Shown one piece after another: positions 61,642 through 64,000 of a stretch of 64,000 nucleotides of DNA; the first letter of the stretch is position 1; each line of letters starts with the position of its first letter. Position numbers and translations under genes: made by a program. Under the pieces are notes generated by a model. The model saw only the letters and a list, made by a program, of their open reading frames with translations. It had not been told where the DNA came from and did not search any database. Source of the DNA: an uncultured Chloroflexia bacterium (GTDB taxonomy: Bacteria; Chloroflexota; Dehalococcoidia; DSTF01; WHTK01); contig CAVPFY010000006.1 in assembly GCA_963703905.1 (NCBI GenBank), forward strand, positions 198,841 through 262,840, read 5' to 3'.

Positions 61642-62448
61642 ATGCCCGAGGACCAGGCCGAACTCGACGCAGCATGGCAGGCCATTCTGGTGGACGGCCA
61701 CAAGAGCCTGAACCGCATGCGCGGCTTCTTCCGGCTCCTGCCAAGCCCGCCGCGCTGCAAGGAATGCAGCAGCCCCTTCAAAGGATTCGGCGGCGTGGTG
61801 GCGCGCCGGCTGGGGTTTCGTCCCTCGCCGATGAATCCCAATTTCTGTAACTACTGCATGACCTCGATGCCTACCGGTGGCATCGAGACCGATGTCGTGG
61901 TCCTGTTCGCGGACGTGCGCGGCTCTACGGAGCTGGCCGAAAGGCTGGGTGCGAAGGCGTTTCGCGACCTGCTCAACCGATTTTATCGAACCGCGGCGGC
62001 CGTACTCCTGAGGCACGACGCCCTGATCGACAAGCTTGTCGGCGATGAGGTGATGGCGCTTTTCCTGCCCGGCTTTGCCGGTAAGGATTACCGGCGCCGC
62101 GCCGTGCAGGCGGCGGAAGAGCTGCTGCGGGCGGTCGGTAACGAGCCCGGCAAAGAGCCCTGGTTGCAGGTCGGCATCGGCGTGCACGCGGGCGTCGCCT
62201 TTGTTGGCAGTGTCGGCGGCGAAGGCATCTCCGACTTCACGGCGCTCGGCGACACGGTGAATACGGCCGCACGTCTGCAAGCAGTCGCGACGCCGGGCCA
62301 ACTCGTGATTAGCGACGAAGCCTACTCCGCCGTCACGGACCTCTATCCGGACTTGCCGGCCCAGATGTTCGAGTTGCGCGGCAAGGGCGAGTCCGTCCGC
62401 GCCCACGTGCTTTCGCTGAACACCGGGAGCGCTGTGGCCGGCGGCTGA
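61642..62448 (+). CDS. Class III adenylate/guanylate cyclase with N-terminal C4 zinc ribbon (paralog of 60285..61082)
   Basis: CKECSSPF...CNYCM, VLFADVRGSTEL...VGDEVMALF...GIGVHAGVAFVGSVG...TALGDTVNTAARLQA. The two paralogs share identical catalytic blocks. Confidence 0.8.
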   Translation: MPEDQAELDAAWQAILVDGHKSLNRMRGFFRLLPSPPRCKECSSPFKGFGGVVARRLGFRPSPMNPNFCNYCMTSMPTGGIETDVVVLFADVRGSTELAERLGAKAFRDLLNRFYRTAAAVLLRHDALIDKLVGDEVMALFLPGFAGKDYRRRAVQAAEELLRAVGNEPGKEPWLQVGIGVHAGVAFVGSVGGEGISDFTALGDTVNTAARLQAVATPGQLVISDEAYSAVTDLYPDLPAQMFELRGKGESVRAHVLSLNTGSAVAGG

Positions 62449-62465
62449 GGCCATCGAGCTTCACC

Positions 62466-62792
62466 GTCCTGTCATGACGCCAGGAGGAATCCCGGCGAGA
62501 GCTTCCCGCAAGCACCGACCGTCTTGCGTAACCGCGGCTGCTCGTCCGCGATTCCTCCTTCGTCGGAATGACAGGTCCGGCGCCTCTGTCATCCCGAGGA
62601 GGCCGCCGACGAAGAATCCCGTGGTGCGCGCGTGTTGACGGCGCGAGCGACGCGTGAAGGAAGCGCGCGGAGGTCCGGGATTCCTCCTTCGTCGGAATGA
62701 CAGAATCGGTGGGCGCCTCTCCCGAGAGGCGCCCACAGCGGACGCGGAAAGCGGCTGACGAGGATGTCGCGAGTCGGAATGACAGGACGGCC
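62466..62792. repeat. Array of 5 copies, in alternating orientation, of a ~27-nt element GGGATTCCTCCTTCGTCGGAATGACAG
   Basis: Forward copies at about 62551-62575, 62680-62704 and 62770-62792 (partial). Inverted copies at about 62466-62495 and 62587-62620. All in a 390-bp noncoding stretch. Confidence 0.75.
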
Positions 62793-62852
62793 CGGCGCCA
62801 GCGATAATCGTGGGCGCCCGTACACCCTGCCGCTCAGCTCAAAGGAACCGAA

Positions 62853-63828
62853 ATGGCCACCGTCCAGACCGCCCTCGGCCCCATCGACGCGGACAAGCTC
62901 GGGTTCACGCTCAGCCACGAGCACGTGATGAACCTGACGCATGATGCGCTACCTGCCTTTCCTCTTCGACAGGGAGGACAGCCTGCGCCGGTCGAAACGC
63001 CTCCTCACCCTCGCGAAGGAGGGAGGCATCGATAGCCTCATCGACCTCACGACCATCGACCTCGGGCGCGAGGTCGAGTTCATTCGGGCCGCGTCCGAGG
63101 CCAGCGGCCTGAACGTGGTGGTCGCGACCGGCTGGTGGCGGGTGATCCCGTCGCTGTTCTGGGCGCGCGACCCCGACTGGATCGCGCGCTTCATGTTTCA
63201 CGAGATCGAGCACGGCATCGACGACAGCGGCATCAGGCCCGGCGTGATCAAGCTGGCGCAGGACCAGGAGCACCTCGAGCCGGACGGGCGTCTCAATGAC
63301 CGCGCCGAACGCGTCGTCCGGGCGGCGGCGCGCGTCTGCCGCGAGACCGGCGTGCCGATCAGCACCCACCACTGGGCGCCGCGCGAAGTCGGCCGCCTCC
63401 AGGTCGAGATCTTCGTCGAGGAGAAGGCGCCGATGCACCTGATCTGCATCGGCCACAGCGCCGACACCACGGACGTGAAGTACCTGGAGGACCTGCTCGA
63501 TACCGGCTGCTACCTGTCGATGGACCGCTACCCCGGCGGCGGCCAGATGCCCGACTGGAAGGCGCGCAACGCCACCGTCAAGGCGCTGGTCGACCGCGGC
63601 TGGGCCGGACGCCTGATGCTGGGACACGATTATCCGCCGCCGCCAACGTTCGTTGGCTCCGACCCGCCGCAGGACCCGGAGCCGGTCCGTTACACCTTCG
63701 TGAAGAACGTGGCCGTGCCGGCGCTGATCGAGGACGGCGTCACGCGGGAGCAGGTGCGGATGATGACCGTGGAGACGCCGAAGCGCTTCCTGACCGGCGA
63801 GAAGCAGCTTCCCCGCGAATCGCGGTGA
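62853..63828 (+). CDS. Phosphotriesterase-family (PTE/Php, amidohydrolase TIM-barrel) protein, frameshift near 62940
   Basis: GFTLSHEHVM (first metal-binding H.H), then in the second frame ...IDLTTIDLGREVEFI...VVATGWW...VIKLAQDQEHL...HLICIGHSAD...LMLGHDYP. Confidence 0.7.
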
Positions 63829-63878
63829 GGCGGCGAGCGTAGACACGTTTATGCGTCGGACAGTCGTAGGGCTCAGTT

Positions 63879-63911
63879 CCGTTCGTCCTGAGCCTGTCGA
63901 AGGGCGAACGG
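63879..63911. repeat. Hairpin element CCGTTCG-TCCTGAGCCTGTCGAAGG-GCGAACGG related to the 45.3-kb tandem repeats
   Basis: 7-bp perfect stem. The loop contains TCCTGAGC(C/T)TGTCGAAGG, the same core as the 23-bp tandem unit at 45327..45392. Confidence 0.6.
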
Positions 63912-64000
63912 GGGCACAGGTTTGCGAGCGGCGATCGGGACGGCACGCTGAGTCAGCCTGGCGCCCGCTCGTGGTTCGAGGGCCTCACCACGAACGGAAA

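Noticed and set aside
61640-62454. Upper two-thirds of the 451-aa minus ORF as part of the DinB protein
   Set aside because: That part is antisense to the second cyclase and has no DinB motifs. DinB_2 proteins are about 170 aa, which matches the MREGVDALL... start at about 61608.
62911-63846. 311-aa minus-strand ORF
   Set aside because: Antisense to the phosphotriesterase-family gene.

Overview
The window is 64 kb of high-GC bacterial DNA. The most interesting part is an AT-richer island at roughly 15.5-26.7 kb that carries a candidate, unclassified multi-gene defense locus. I could not assign the taxon. The F420-type PPOX protein, DUF4185, the RskA-like domain, Uma2, and the many alpha/beta-hydrolase and APH-like phosphotransferase paralogs are suggestive of an Actinomycetota/Chloroflexota-like soil bacterium (no phylogenetic analysis was done). 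The window is gene-dense. It contains three groups of cell-envelope glycan genes, a frameshift-split housekeeping core, and the island.

- Glycan group at the start (1-6.5 kb): a polyprenyl-P sugar-1-P transferase, a DegT aminotransferase, a GT2 and a GT4 glycosyltransferase, a SAM methyltransferase and a secreted LamG/DUF4185 protein.
- Glycan group at 48.1-53.2 kb: five genes matching the WbpA/B/E/D/I route to UDP-2,3-diacetamido-mannuronic acid.
- Housekeeping core: leuA/cimA, ACT-malic enzyme, typA, an SCPx-thiolase/DUF35 pair, a histidine kinase with an OmpR-type regulator, mazEF, a Uma2 endonuclease, a TldD/PmbA protease, Hsp20, two Zn-ribbon class-III nucleotidyl cyclases, and an ABC substrate-binding protein.
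- The island: a tightly overlapping minus-strand operon plus a convergent orphan beta-class N4/N6 DNA methyltransferase. The operon encodes a DndD/SMC-like ATPase with a CxxC zinc hook, a PLD(HKD)-nuclease fused to an SF2 helicase, an AAA_21/DUF3696-type ABC ATPase, a CARF-like/Fis-HTH regulator and several proteins I could not classify.
- Flanks of the island: a tRNA-Lys(TTT) with a truncated thiolase pseudogene next to it, a partial second copy of the tRNA 5' half at 15.03 kb, and a 21-nt direct repeat pair. These are integration-type scars, but I found no integrase.
- Major caveat: many conserved genes (typA, leuA/cimA, both DegT genes, ugd, wecB, GT4, TldD and others) are split by single-base indels, while the AT-richer island genes are largely intact. 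This looks more like GC-biased consensus indel error than mass pseudogenization. All gene boundaries are approximate.

Several small dispersed or tandem repeat families sit in intergenic regions.
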